NCBI GenBank assembly: GCA_965250285.1
Contig: OZ252299.1
Span: 5,760,001 to 5,824,000 of the forward strand
Source of the DNA: Myxococcota bacterium
GTDB lineage: Bacteria > Myxococcota_A > UBA9160 > UBA4427
DNA: 64,000 nucleotides
Direction of reading: 5' to 3'
Shown here: in pieces, positions 47,761-57,193 of the stretch
Layout of the letters: each line of letters starts with the position of its first letter
Numbering within the stretch: position 1 is the stretch's first letter
Notes under the pieces: model-generated
Told to the model about the DNA's origin: nothing
The model's database searches: none
Seen by the model: the letters and a program-made list of their open reading frames with translations, nothing else
Translations under genes and position numbers: made by a program

Positions 47761-49410
47761 ATGCGACCTGCACGGCTGTCTCGGATACGGGCCGTCTTCA
47801 CGTTCTTCTTTCTCTTCTCGATCGCACTCGGTGCGGCCACGTCGGCCCAGGCGGGCGGTGACTTCTCGCTGTCGCTCGACGTGATCGGTCGCTATGACTC
47901 GACGATCTATGACGAGGGCGGCGCCGAGATCGTCGCGCACGATTCGGTGCATCAGCACCTCTACGTCGTGAACGCCAACGACGCGAGCGTCGACGTGCTC
48001 GACATCGCCGACCCGTCGGCCCCGACGAAGATCGCCGCGATCGACGCGAGTGCCCTCGGCGGTGGCGTCAACAGCGTGGCGGTGCAGCCGAAGCGCGGCT
48101 GGGTCGCGCTCGCGATCGAAGCCGAAGACGCGCAGGCGCCCGGCCTCGTCGCCATCTACAGCACCGGCACCTTCGAGCTGCTCCGCACCTTCACCGTCGG
48201 TGCACTGCCCGACATGGTGACGTTCACACCCGGTGGCTTCGCCCTCCTCGTCGCGAACGAGGGTGAACCCGACGATGACTACCAGATCGATCCCGAGGGC
48301 AGCGTCTCGATCATCTACACCGTGTTCGGTCTCAAGTGGGCGTGGGTGCGCACCGCGACCTTCGAGAAGTTCATTGGTCAGGAGGATGCGCTGCGCGCGA
48401 AGGGCGTTCGCATCTTCGGTCCCGGCGCGAACGCCGCGCAGGATCTCGAGCCCGAGTTCATCACGACCGACCGCTTCGGCCTCAAGGCCTTCGTCGCCTG
48501 CCAGGAGAACAACGCCCTGGCCATCGTCGACATCTGGCGCGCCAAGGTGCGGCGGCTCGTACCGCTCGGCACGAAGGACCACACGCTCGCCGAGAACGCG
48601 CTCGATGCCAGTAACCGCGACGACGCCATCAACGTGACGACGTGGCCAGTAAAGGGGCTCTACCTGCCCGACGCCATCGCGTCGTTCAACGTGAACGGGC
48701 GCGACTACATCGTGTCGGCCAACGAAGGAGACTCCCGCGACTACGACGGCTTCAGTGAGGAGGAGCGCGTCGGCGACGTCGACCTCGACCCGGTGGCGTT
48801 CCCCGATGCCGAGATCCTGCAGGCCGACGAGAACCTCGGACGCCTCAAGATCACGACCACCCTCGGCCAGAACGAGAGCGGCGAGTACGAAGAGCTCTAC
48901 AGCTATGGCGGTCGGTCGATCTCGATCTGGGACGCTCGTGGTCGCCAGGTGTGGGACAGCGGGACGCAGATCGCCGACATCACGGCGACCCTGCTGCCCG
49001 ACCAGTTCAACTCGACCAACGACGACAACGACAGCTTCGACAATCGCAGCGACGACAAGGGCGCCGAGCCCGAGGGCGTGACGACCGGCAAGGTCGCGGG
49101 TCGCACGATCGCGTTCGTCGGCTTCGAACGGGTCGGCGGCATCGGTGCCTGGGACGTCTCCAACCCGCACGCGCCCAAGCTGCTCACGTACGTGAACCCG
49201 CGCAACTTCTCGGTCGACGTGTGCACCGAGCGCGACGAAGAGGGCGACTGCGAGACCGGTCCCGGCTTCGCGAACCCCGAAGCGCTCGACCTCGGGCCCG
49301 AAGGCCTCGCCTTCATTCCGGCTCACCGCAGCCCGAACGGTGAACCCCTGCTCGCCGTCGGCAACGAGGTGAGCGGCACCACGACGATCTTCGAGATCAG
49401 CGTCGAGTAG
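47761..49410 (+). CDS. Choice-of-anchor I-type beta-propeller exported protein (alkaline-phosphatase-associated family)
   Basis: Signal peptide; VGALPDMVTFTP, ANEGEP, LEPE, QENNA, ANEGDSRDY, RSDDKGAEPEG, GPEGL, NEVSGT. Confidence 0.85.
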   Translation: MRPARLSRIRAVFTFFFLFSIALGAATSAQAGGDFSLSLDVIGRYDSTIYDEGGAEIVAHDSVHQHLYVVNANDASVDVLDIADPSAPTKIAAIDASALGGGVNSVAVQPKRGWVALAIEAEDAQAPGLVAIYSTGTFELLRTFTVGALPDMVTFTPGGFALLVANEGEPDDDYQIDPEGSVSIIYTVFGLKWAWVRTATFEKFIGQEDALRAKGVRIFGPGANAAQDLEPEFITTDRFGLKAFVACQENNALAIVDIWRAKVRRLVPLGTKDHTLAENALDASNRDDAINVTTWPVKGLYLPDAIASFNVNGRDYIVSANEGDSRDYDGFSEEERVGDVDLDPVAFPDAEILQADENLGRLKITTTLGQNESGEYEELYSYGGRSISIWDARGRQVWDSGTQIADITATLLPDQFNSTNDDNDSFDNRSDDKGAEPEGVTTGKVAGRTIAFVGFERVGGIGAWDVSNPHAPKLLTYVNPRNFSVDVCTERDEEGDCETGPGFANPEALDLGPEGLAFIPAHRSPNGEPLLAVGNEVSGTTTIFEISVE

Positions 49411-49436
49411 CTCTGCCCACAGCTTCGCCCGACGCA

Positions 49437-49485
49437 GGGGGGCGGCTCCGACGCACGGGTCGGGGTCGCCCCCTTCCTCTTTCTT
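49437..49485 (+). terminator. Intrinsic terminator
   Basis: Stem GGGGGCGGCTCCGAC / GTCGGGGTCGCCCCC followed by TTCCTCTTTCTT, between convergent genes. Confidence 0.7.
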
Positions 49486-49491
49486 GGGCGA

Positions 49492-50190
49492 TCAGGAGGC
49501 CGACGCGGTCGCGCGGGCCTCGATGCCGGCGATCACGATGTCGACGGCGTGGTCGAGGTAGGCGTCGAACGAGTGGCTCGGATCGCGGCGCGCGACCTCG
49601 ATCCAGCGAGCGCTCTCGTCGGCGGGCAGCGCGTCGGCGACGCCGCGCATGTACTGGCGGATGCCGTCGACATCGCTCGTCGCCTGAGCAGCCTGCGCCG
49701 AGAGCACCGCCGTCACGGTGTGAACGAGCGTATGCGCCGCGAATACGAGATCTTCGCCTTCGAGCCCGGCGTCGGCGAGCACGCGCGCGGCCGCGCCGGT
49801 GGCCCGCGCGTAGAACGGGCCGAGCGATGCATCGGTTCGGCCCATCACCTGCAAGGCGGGCTCGCCGCGAAGCCGCTGCGCGAGCTCGAGGCACAGCGCC
49901 CGGGCGCGCTCCTTCCAGCCGCCTTCGCCGGGCGCCTCGAGCGAGCCCTCGTCGGCGGCGTCGCGCGCGATCGCGTCGAGCAGCTCGGCTTTGTCGGCAA
50001 AGTGCCAGTAGAGCGCCGCGGGATCGACCTCGAGCTGCCGAGCAATGCCGCGCATCGTGAGCGATGGCGCACCCCGCTCGCGAGCCAGAGCACGGGCCGC
50101 GGCCACGATCTTCGCGCGATCGAGCTGCCTCGTTCGGCTTCGGCGCCCGCCGGGATTTCGCTTGTTTTTCGGGAGGTTGGCGGCAGTCAT
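49492..50190 (-). CDS. TetR family regulator (TetR_C-like)
   Basis: LTMRGIARQLEVDPAALYWHFADKAELL. Confidence 0.92.
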   Translation of the reverse strand: MTAANLPKNKRNPGGRRSRTRQLDRAKIVAAARALARERGAPSLTMRGIARQLEVDPAALYWHFADKAELLDAIARDAADEGSLEAPGEGGWKERARALCLELAQRLRGEPALQVMGRTDASLGPFYARATGAAARVLADAGLEGEDLVFAAHTLVHTVTAVLSAQAAQATSDVDGIRQYMRGVADALPADESARWIEVARRDPSHSFDAYLDHAVDIVIAGIEARATASAS

Positions 50191-50244
50191 GGGCGGGGGC
50201 TCGGGCGGGTTGGGGCCTTGATCGTAGCCCGTCGGCGTGCTAAA

Positions 50245-50257
50245 TCAACGGCGTTGA
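50245..50257. promoter_or_regulatory. Candidate TetR operator
   Basis: Perfect palindrome TCAACG-G-CGTTGA between divergent tetR and amidohydrolase genes; minus-strand TACGAT -10-like box at 50221-50226. Confidence 0.6.
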
Positions 50258-50366
50258 ATCGAGCCAGCCGCCCGGGACCCGATCGTGGCCCGGAGCCGCC
50301 CGCGCAGGCTCGCCCGCCGCCGTTCCTCTGGATCGGCGCTGCCCAAGAGAAGGCGAGATCGAAACC

Positions 50367-51554
50367 ATGTCCACTGCCCCGTTCATGAACGATGCCGACA
50401 ACCACTACTACGAGCCCGACGACTGCTTCACGCGACACATCGAGTCGGCCTACGCAGACCGCACCTTCTGGATCGACCGATCCGAGCCCGGCCGGCCCGG
50501 CCGCATGATGGTGGGCGATGAGCGCTGCAAGTTCTTCAGCGTCGGCGTCGGTGATTCGATCGGCCCGCCCGGCATCATGAAGGATTTTCTACGCGGCACC
50601 TCGGAAGACGGCGGCAGCCCGTCGCTGAACCCGATCAACGCGCTCGACGTGCCCGAGTTCGTCGAGAAGAGCAAGCGGCTCGTCAAGATGGATGCCCAGC
50701 GGGTGCAGCGCACGCTGATGCTTCCGACGATGGGCGTCGGCGTCGAGGTGCAGCTCGCCGAGCCCAAGAACCGCGACATCCTCTATCCGTCGGTGCGTGC
50801 CTACAACCGGTGGATCGAAGAGGACTGGGGCTTCGACGACGGCCGCATCTACTCTGCGCCGCTGATCTCGCTCGTCGATCTCGCCGCGGGTCTGCAAGAG
50901 CTCGATCGGCTGATCGAGGCCGGCGCGCGCTTCGTGTGCCTGATGTGTGGCCCGATCGACGGCAAGTCGCCCGGTCACCCCGACTTCGATCCCTTCTGGG
51001 CGCGTTGTCAGGAAGCGGGCGTCAACGTGGTGTTCCACATCGGCGCGACCACCGTCGAGGCGGCCTACAACACGCCCTGGGGCCTGCGACCGCAGCCGCC
51101 GTCGCATCGGCATTCGCTGATGGAGTACTTCCTCTCGTTCACGGATCGTCCGGTCTCCGACCAGATCACGGCGCTGATCGCCGACAACATGTTCGGCCGA
51201 TTCCCCGATATCCGCGTGCTCTCGGTCGAGTACGGCGCGACGTGGGTGGCCCCGATGCTGCGCAAGCTCGACAGCATCTCGCGGCTCTTCAGCAAGGACA
51301 TGTGGCGCTTCGGCCAGCCCGATCTCACCCCGAGCGAGACGTTCAAGAAGAACGTCTGGGTCGCGCCCTTCTTCGAGGACGACGTCGTCGCGCTCTCGAA
51401 TCTGATCGGCGCCTCGCAGGTGCTGGCCGGCTCAGACTATCCGCACCCGGAAGGGTTGGCCGAGCCGTGGGAGTTCGCCGAAGAGCTCGACGGTCTCTCG
51501 GACGAGGACCAGTCGCTGATCATGCGCGACAACTTCGAGCAGCTCGTCGCCTAG
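50367..51554 (+). CDS. Amidohydrolase family protein (amidohydro_2)
   Basis: DADNHYYE, AYNRWIEEDW, GSDYPHPEG; visibly paralogous to 44625-45803. Confidence 0.92.
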   Translation: MSTAPFMNDADNHYYEPDDCFTRHIESAYADRTFWIDRSEPGRPGRMMVGDERCKFFSVGVGDSIGPPGIMKDFLRGTSEDGGSPSLNPINALDVPEFVEKSKRLVKMDAQRVQRTLMLPTMGVGVEVQLAEPKNRDILYPSVRAYNRWIEEDWGFDDGRIYSAPLISLVDLAAGLQELDRLIEAGARFVCLMCGPIDGKSPGHPDFDPFWARCQEAGVNVVFHIGATTVEAAYNTPWGLRPQPPSHRHSLMEYFLSFTDRPVSDQITALIADNMFGRFPDIRVLSVEYGATWVAPMLRKLDSISRLFSKDMWRFGQPDLTPSETFKKNVWVAPFFEDDVVALSNLIGASQVLAGSDYPHPEGLAEPWEFAEELDGLSDEDQSLIMRDNFEQLVA

Positions 51555-51619
51555 GGGTCCCGAGCGCACGCTCCGCTTCGAGCAGCTCGTCGCCTAGGGG
51601 TCTCGAGCGCACGCTCCGC
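51533..51619. repeat. 43-bp direct duplication spanning the amidohydrolase stop codon
   Basis: CTTCGAGCAGCTCGTCGCCTAGGGGTCYCGAGCGCACGCTCCG at 51533 and 51576. Confidence 0.9.
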
Positions 51620-51789
51620 GCGTTCGGCGCGGGGCGTGCTCTCGGAGTTCGCGTCGCGCGTTCGGCGCGGGGCGTGCTTTCGTGGTTCGCGTCGCGCGTT
51701 CGGCGCGGGGCGTGCTTTCGTGGTTCGCGTCGCGCGTTCGGCGCGGGGCGTGCTTTCGTGGTTCGCGTCGCGCGTTCGGCGCGGGGCGT
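51617..51789. repeat. 38-bp tandem repeat, about 4.5 copies
   Basis: Unit CGCGCGTTCGGCGCGGGGCGTGCTTTCGTGGTTCGCGT; TTCGGCGCGGGG recurs at 51623, 51661, 51699, 51737, 51775. Confidence 0.95.
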
Positions 51790-51820
51790 CTCGACGCCTT
51801 TGGCCGACAGGGTCAAGCGC

Positions 51821-53653
51821 CTAGTGGGCGTGTCCGTGGTGATGACCGTGATGGTGGCCGTGGTCGTGGTGATGGTCGTGTGACCCCAGCGCCTCGCCGA
51901 GGGCGGCGAGCCAGCCGCGCAGGCCGCTCCTCCAGATCGCGCGCAGCACGAAGAGACCGAGCAGCAGCGTGGCCGTGATGCCGATCTGGCTGTGCTGGTG
52001 GGCGTCGGTCTCGAGCGTGTCGGGCAAGTCGATGGGCATCCCGACCCAGTTCACGACCAGGGCGCACGCCCACACGCCGAGCACGAGCCCGCCGAGCGTC
52101 ACCCAGGCCGCCCGACCGCCGAACGCGGCGCGCAGGAAGCCGACCGTCGCCACGTTCGTCGCGGGCCCGAGCAGCAGGCCGGCGAGGACCGCGCCGGGTG
52201 AGAAGCCCTTCGCGAGCAGCACCGCGGCGAGCGGCGTCGCCGACGCGGCGCAGACGTAGCTCGGCATGGCGACCGCCGACACGACGAGGATGTCGAGGCC
52301 GGTGCTGGCGAGCTCGGCAGCCGCACCCGTGGGCAGCGAGGCCTGCACGTAGGCGGCGACGATCAGGCCGACCACCGTGAACGGACCGACGTGGTAGAGC
52401 AGGTCGTCGAAGTGCTCGATCGTGCGCGCGAGGGCGTTGCCTTCCGCCGCATCGGCTGCGTCGAGCGACTCCGGCTCGCCCTCGCCTTCGCCGCGCTCGC
52501 CCAGCGCCCATGACACCATCAGTGCAGCCGCGATCGCGACCCCGACGGCGGTGACCAGTCGAACGGCGGCGAAGGGCCAGCCGAGGAACTGCACCGACAG
52601 CAGAAAGCTCTCGACCCCGAGCTCGGGTGTGGCGAGCAGGAAGGCCACGACGAGCGCCGGCCCGGCGCCGCGATTCTTGATCGACTGCGCGAGCGGGAGC
52701 ACGCCGCACGCGCAGATCGGCAGCGGAGCTCCGACCACGGCGCCGCGGATCGCCTGGCGCAGGTTGTTGCCCGAGCGCAGCCAGGCGAGCGGCAGCTTCG
52801 AGCCGAAGGTCTGCAGCACGGCGCCCACGCCCAGGCCGAGCAGCAGCAGCGGGGCCGTCTCGATGGTCAGCTCGACGAGCGAGTCGAGGATCACCACACG
52901 CACGTCCGCGCCCGCACCGTGCGCGTGGCCGGGTGCGTGGCCCGGTCGGAGCGTCCCCACGAAGCCGACGGCGATGCCTGCGCAGATCGCGACGAGATCC
53001 CAGACCCGGCGTAGGCCCTCGGGGCGCGACTCGCCGTGCCAGTCGTGACCGATCACGTGCAGCAGCAGACCGCCGGTCGCTGCCATGAGCCAAGGCTCGA
53101 TCGGTGCCACGCTCGCCGATGGGATCGCGTCGACGATGCCGATACCGGCGACCGTCGCGGCGGCCAGACCCGCTGCGCGCAGCATGGCGTGTCGCAGCCC
53201 GTAGCGTTCGGCGAAGGCGAGCGTCATGACGGCGGTGACGGGCACCGTGTGGGCACCCACGACGGCGACGATGTCGAGGCCCGACGAGTCGACGGCGGTG
53301 CCCGCGGCGCCGCCGAAGAGGCCCAGCGCCACGCCGTCGCCGATCTTGTGCACGACGAGCCCCGCGTAGCCGAGCTCGACGGCGACCTTCGACGAGTCGA
53401 CGTCGGCTTTCGCACGCGCGAAGAGGCGCTCGAGCAGCGCGGGGACGAGCAGCGCCACGGCGAACACGCCGAGCGCCGAGATGCCGAGCTCAGCCAGCGC
53501 GTCGGGCAGCAGGTGGGCGAGCACGACGACGACCGACGCGACCAGCGCGAACGTGCGGATCGTCGACAGCAGCCCGCTTCGGCGCGCGCCTGCGAAGGCG
53601 AGCAGGGCGCCGACCGCGACAGATGCGAGGGCGACGCCGATCGGCAGCGTCAT
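51821..53653 (-). CDS. Permease: ZIP-like N-terminal domain fused to ArsP/DUF318-like domain with poly-His tail
   Basis: HLLPDA, HKIGDG, HTVP (ZIP-like); PICACGVLP, FLLATP, YVCAASATP, GPATN (DUF318-like); ends HDHHHDHGHHHGHHHGHAH. Confidence 0.8.
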   Translation of the reverse strand: MTLPIGVALASVAVGALLAFAGARRSGLLSTIRTFALVASVVVVLAHLLPDALAELGISALGVFAVALLVPALLERLFARAKADVDSSKVAVELGYAGLVVHKIGDGVALGLFGGAAGTAVDSSGLDIVAVVGAHTVPVTAVMTLAFAERYGLRHAMLRAAGLAAATVAGIGIVDAIPSASVAPIEPWLMAATGGLLLHVIGHDWHGESRPEGLRRVWDLVAICAGIAVGFVGTLRPGHAPGHAHGAGADVRVVILDSLVELTIETAPLLLLGLGVGAVLQTFGSKLPLAWLRSGNNLRQAIRGAVVGAPLPICACGVLPLAQSIKNRGAGPALVVAFLLATPELGVESFLLSVQFLGWPFAAVRLVTAVGVAIAAALMVSWALGERGEGEGEPESLDAADAAEGNALARTIEHFDDLLYHVGPFTVVGLIVAAYVQASLPTGAAAELASTGLDILVVSAVAMPSYVCAASATPLAAVLLAKGFSPGAVLAGLLLGPATNVATVGFLRAAFGGRAAWVTLGGLVLGVWACALVVNWVGMPIDLPDTLETDAHQHSQIGITATLLLGLFVLRAIWRSGLRGWLAALGEALGSHDHHHDHGHHHGHHHGHAH

Positions 53654-53723
53654 CGGGCGCCGGTCCGCAGCCGCCGCGACCGAGGTCGTCGTGTCGGGTC
53701 AACAGCGTCGAGGTCCGTCTGCT

Positions 53724-54482
53724 TCATCCGCGAGTGCGTCCACCCGAAGCACTGTGCGGAGAGTGCGTGCGCTCGTAGTGCCACGCCGCTCGATCCATGT
53801 TGAGTCGGTGGCGCGGACCTGCGATCTCGGCATCGCCGACCTCGTAGCCCGCGTCGCCGTGCCACAGCGCGATCGGGCCGTCGTCGCGCACGGCAATGCG
53901 CGTCGCGAAGCGCTCGGGCTCGCGCGCCGTAAGCGCCTTCATCGCCTCGTCGGTGTCGCGCCAGCCCGCGAGCTCGAAGAGGCTGACGAAGGTCGGCGGC
54001 GCCACCTCGATCTCGCCGGCGTCGCGGCGGTCGAGGGCGGCGCGAGGCGACATCCACTGCGACTCGCGAATCTCTCCGTCGTCGATCTGCACGTGGCCCG
54101 CAGGCGCGACGGCCGCGAAGAACCAGGTGAGAAAGCGACGCGGTGAGACGGGCGGCGGCGTCCAGTGCGCGAACGGCACCATGCCGTGGGGCTCGACGAT
54201 CAGGCCGGTCTCCTCTTCGGCCTCGCGCACCGCGGCGACCCGCGCGTGGGCCAGGTCGTCTGCGTCTGCGAGGCCGTGGCGGTCGGCGTCGTCGACGCGG
54301 CCCCCCGGAAAGACCCACATCCCCCCAAACGCGATCTTCGAGTTGCGGCGAAGCATGAGGGTCTCGAGGCCCGCATCGCCATCGCGCAGCAAGAGGACGG
54401 TGGCGGCGGCCACGGGTTCGGATCCGGCTTTGCCCTCGCGGGCCCAGCGGGCGAGATTGTCGGCGTGCTTGGGTTCGGTCAT
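53724..54482 (-). CDS. NUDIX hydrolase
   Basis: AATVLLLRD, VFPGGRVD, AVREAEEETG, HWTPP. Confidence 0.9.
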   Translation of the reverse strand: MTEPKHADNLARWAREGKAGSEPVAAATVLLLRDGDAGLETLMLRRNSKIAFGGMWVFPGGRVDDADRHGLADADDLAHARVAAVREAEEETGLIVEPHGMVPFAHWTPPPVSPRRFLTWFFAAVAPAGHVQIDDGEIRESQWMSPRAALDRRDAGEIEVAPPTFVSLFELAGWRDTDEAMKALTAREPERFATRIAVRDDGPIALWHGDAGYEVGDAEIAGPRHRLNMDRAAWHYERTHSPHSASGGRTRG

Positions 54483-54567
54483 GGCAGACCCGGTAGGCTA
54501 CCGCAGCCGCGCCGGCTCGACCGACTACAGCATATTGCGCGCCGGCGCCGGGCCTTTCGGGATCGCA

Positions 54568-54719
54568 CCGCACCCGACGCGCGCTGCCGCCCGCCCAAAC
54601 GTCACCGATCCGCACTCGACGCGCGCCGGCGCCGGGCCAGACGTCACCGATCCGCACCGGACGCGCGCCGGCGCCGGGCCAGACGTCACCGATCCGCACC
54701 GGACGCGCGCCGGCGCCGG
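54568..54719. repeat. 42-bp tandem repeat (about 3.5 copies) in a divergent intergenic region
   Basis: GTCACCGATCCGCAC at 54601, 54643, 54685; unit includes GACGCGCGCCGGCGCCGGGCCAGAC. Confidence 0.92.
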
Positions 54720-54740
54720 CACAGGCGTAGACTCGCGCGC

Positions 54741-55616
54741 ATGTCCGATGTCGCCCCGCCGATCGACCGTCCGCCGCCCGGCGATTTCGAGGGCTTCTTC
54801 GCGCTCGAGACCGTGGGTGAGGATCATTTTCGCAAGCACTTCGTCGCCGTCGACGAGTGGGATGCCATGCATCCGCTCTTCGGCGGATCGATCCTGGGGT
54901 TCGCCGTCGCCGCGGCGGCCCAGACGTGCGGCGGTCGTCCGCTGGCCTCGCTGCACATGTACTTCCTGCGCGGCATCCCGTACGGCGTACCGGTCGACTT
55001 CCATGTCGAGCGGGTGCGCGACGGTCGTCGCGTCGCACACAGGCAGGTCGAGGTGCGCGCCCAGGACAAGCTGGCCTGCCGGATCACCTTGCTCTTCTCG
55101 GCGCCCGCCGAAGGGCACGCGATGATCTTCGGCGAGCGCGACATGGCCGACCTGCCCGACCCTGAGACGCTGCGCTCGCACAACGACGTCATCGCCGACG
55201 AGGGCGACGAGCCGTGGTGGGATTCGCCGATCGACTGGCGTTTCGAGGGGCGGCCCTGGGAGGTCGACCGAGCCAACGGCGCGCTGCACGGCGGCTGGGT
55301 GCGCCCATGCCGTGAGATCCCCGACGAACCGGGCCTGCACGAGGCAGCGACGGCCTTCTTGAGCGACGCGCTGTCGCACTGGCCCGTGGCCCGTGTGCTC
55401 GGCGGGCACGACGAGCCCGGCTCGTACACGAGCCTCGATACCGCGCTCTGGTTCCATCGGCCCGAACCCTGGCGAGACTGGCGCTATCTCGAGAGCGCCT
55501 GCGAGATCGGGCACGGCGGTCGCGGGCTCTCGCGTCGCTCGCTCTACGACCGAAGCGGACGCTTGATCGCGTCGATGATTCAGGAAGCACTGATTCCGAG
55601 TGGGACGGGCGCCTAG
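54741..55616 (+). CDS. Acyl-CoA thioesterase II (TesB-like, double hotdog)
   Basis: LFGGSILG, SLHMYFLRG, VERVRDGR, FLSD, SLDTALWFH, IASMIQEAL. Confidence 0.88.
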   Translation: MSDVAPPIDRPPPGDFEGFFALETVGEDHFRKHFVAVDEWDAMHPLFGGSILGFAVAAAAQTCGGRPLASLHMYFLRGIPYGVPVDFHVERVRDGRRVAHRQVEVRAQDKLACRITLLFSAPAEGHAMIFGERDMADLPDPETLRSHNDVIADEGDEPWWDSPIDWRFEGRPWEVDRANGALHGGWVRPCREIPDEPGLHEAATAFLSDALSHWPVARVLGGHDEPGSYTSLDTALWFHRPEPWRDWRYLESACEIGHGGRGLSRRSLYDRSGRLIASMIQEALIPSGTGA

Positions 55617-55930
55617 GGAACCTCTGCACGGTCTGCCGTGCCAGGGCCGGGGCAGGCGGGGGCACCGTGCTCGGACATTCTCGGCGCGACCTGCCAGGGA
55701 AGTTCGTATGCAGCGCCCGTCGCGCCTGCGAACTGCGCGCGGTCCCCCCGCCTGCCCCGGCCTCGGGACGCTTCGGTCACAGCGCATTCATCTCGGCCGG
55801 GAAGCGCTCGTGACGCGTGCCCTTGCCCTTCCGCTTCCAGGCCTCGCCCGTGAACGTCTGCTGATCAGCCCATCGAGCTCACCGCCCAGCGCTGTTCGCG
55901 CATGCGGGGGGCGAGTTCTGCAGAGCATCC
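55617..55930. mobile_element. Single-unit copy of the palindromic MITE-like element
   Basis: Follows CTAG stop; ends GGAACCTCTGCA / TGCAGAGCATCC (10/12 inverted match); core 55638-55777 nearly identical to the fourth unit at 4536. Confidence 0.7.
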
Positions 55931-56081
55931 CCGGCGCTTCTGGCTGCCCGTCAGGCCGTCTTCGGCGTACGCCGTCGCGGCGCCGTCACTGCCTTCGAGG
56001 ACCGCGTACACCGCGGATGTGCGCGATGCCGTCCATCTCGATCGCCATGCGAGGTTCCTGCGGGCCCGAAGCGGCGAGGCG

Positions 56082-57005
56082 TCAGCCGGCTTCGGTCGAG
56101 GCCAGCGGGGCGGTGTCGCTCCGCGCCGCAGCGCGTACCGCGTCGAACGTGAAGAGCGCGAGCGCAAGCCAGACGCAGCCGAACGTGATCGCGTGATCGC
56201 GGGTGAACGGCTCGTCGTAGAGCCCGACGGCGATCAGAAGCGTGAGCGTCGGCGCGAGGTACTGGAACATGCCGACGGCGAAGAGCGGCAGGCGAGCGGT
56301 GGCGGCGCGAAAGCAGAAGAGCGGCGCGGCGGTCACGAAGCCCGAGAGCGCAACCAGCGCGTGCAGCTCGAACGACGCGTCGACGAGCACCGAATCGTGC
56401 GTGTAGACGAGCCCGCCCTGAATCAACACGGCGAGGGGGATCAGCACGATCATCTCGCGCGCCAACCCGGGCAGCGGTGGCTGCGGGTTCATCTTGTGCA
56501 CGAGACCGTAGAACCCGAACGTCACCGCGAGCACGACCGAGATCCACGGCAGCGCTCCGACGCGCACCGCGTAAGCCGCAACGCCGACGCAAGCGAGCGC
56601 CACCGCTGCGCTCTGCAGCGGGCGGAGTCGCTCGCCCAGTACGACGAGGCCGAGAAACACGCTGACGAGCGGGTTGATGTAGTAGCCGAGGCTCGTGGCG
56701 ATGATCTGGTCGCTCTGCACCGCGTAGATGAAGATGAACCAGTTCGACGAGACGAGCAGAGCGGCGAGCACGATCGGGCCGGCCAGGCGGCGGTCGAACT
56801 GCAGGATCTCGCGCACCCGCCCGCTCGCCAGGAGGATCACGACCAGGAGCAGCGCGGTCCAGCCAATGCGCGGTCCGACGAGCTCGAGCGCCGGGAGGGC
56901 CTGCACCCACTTCCAATAGATGGGGACGACGCCCCAGAGCGTGTACGCGGCGATGGCGTAGAGCACACCGGCCCGGCTCGACGGGGCGGCGGGGGCATCC
57001 GACAT
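56082..57005 (-). CDS. rarD: RarD-family EamA/DMT transporter
   Basis: AYTLWGVVPIYWK, NWFIFIYAV, SLGYYINPLV, GMFQYLAPT. Confidence 0.9.
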   Translation of the reverse strand: MSDAPAAPSSRAGVLYAIAAYTLWGVVPIYWKWVQALPALELVGPRIGWTALLLVVILLASGRVREILQFDRRLAGPIVLAALLVSSNWFIFIYAVQSDQIIATSLGYYINPLVSVFLGLVVLGERLRPLQSAAVALACVGVAAYAVRVGALPWISVVLAVTFGFYGLVHKMNPQPPLPGLAREMIVLIPLAVLIQGGLVYTHDSVLVDASFELHALVALSGFVTAAPLFCFRAATARLPLFAVGMFQYLAPTLTLLIAVGLYDEPFTRDHAITFGCVWLALALFTFDAVRAAARSDTAPLASTEAG

Positions 57006-57193
57006 CGGGTCCTCGGCAGGGCGCGGCAAGAAGAAGACGGGGTGGGCGCTGGCCGTCGGCCTGCGCTTCGCATCACGATAGCAGGGCCGCGTGGGCCGAT
57101 GCGGCGGGGTGGGACCTCGCTTGCCCACGCCCACGCCCACGCCCGCACCGCGGGCGATGCGTCAAGCACCAAGACCGCCCGCGTCTCGACGCG

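Noticed and set aside
51617..51789. CRISPR array (38-bp repeat)
   Set aside because: Repeats are head-to-tail with no spacers.
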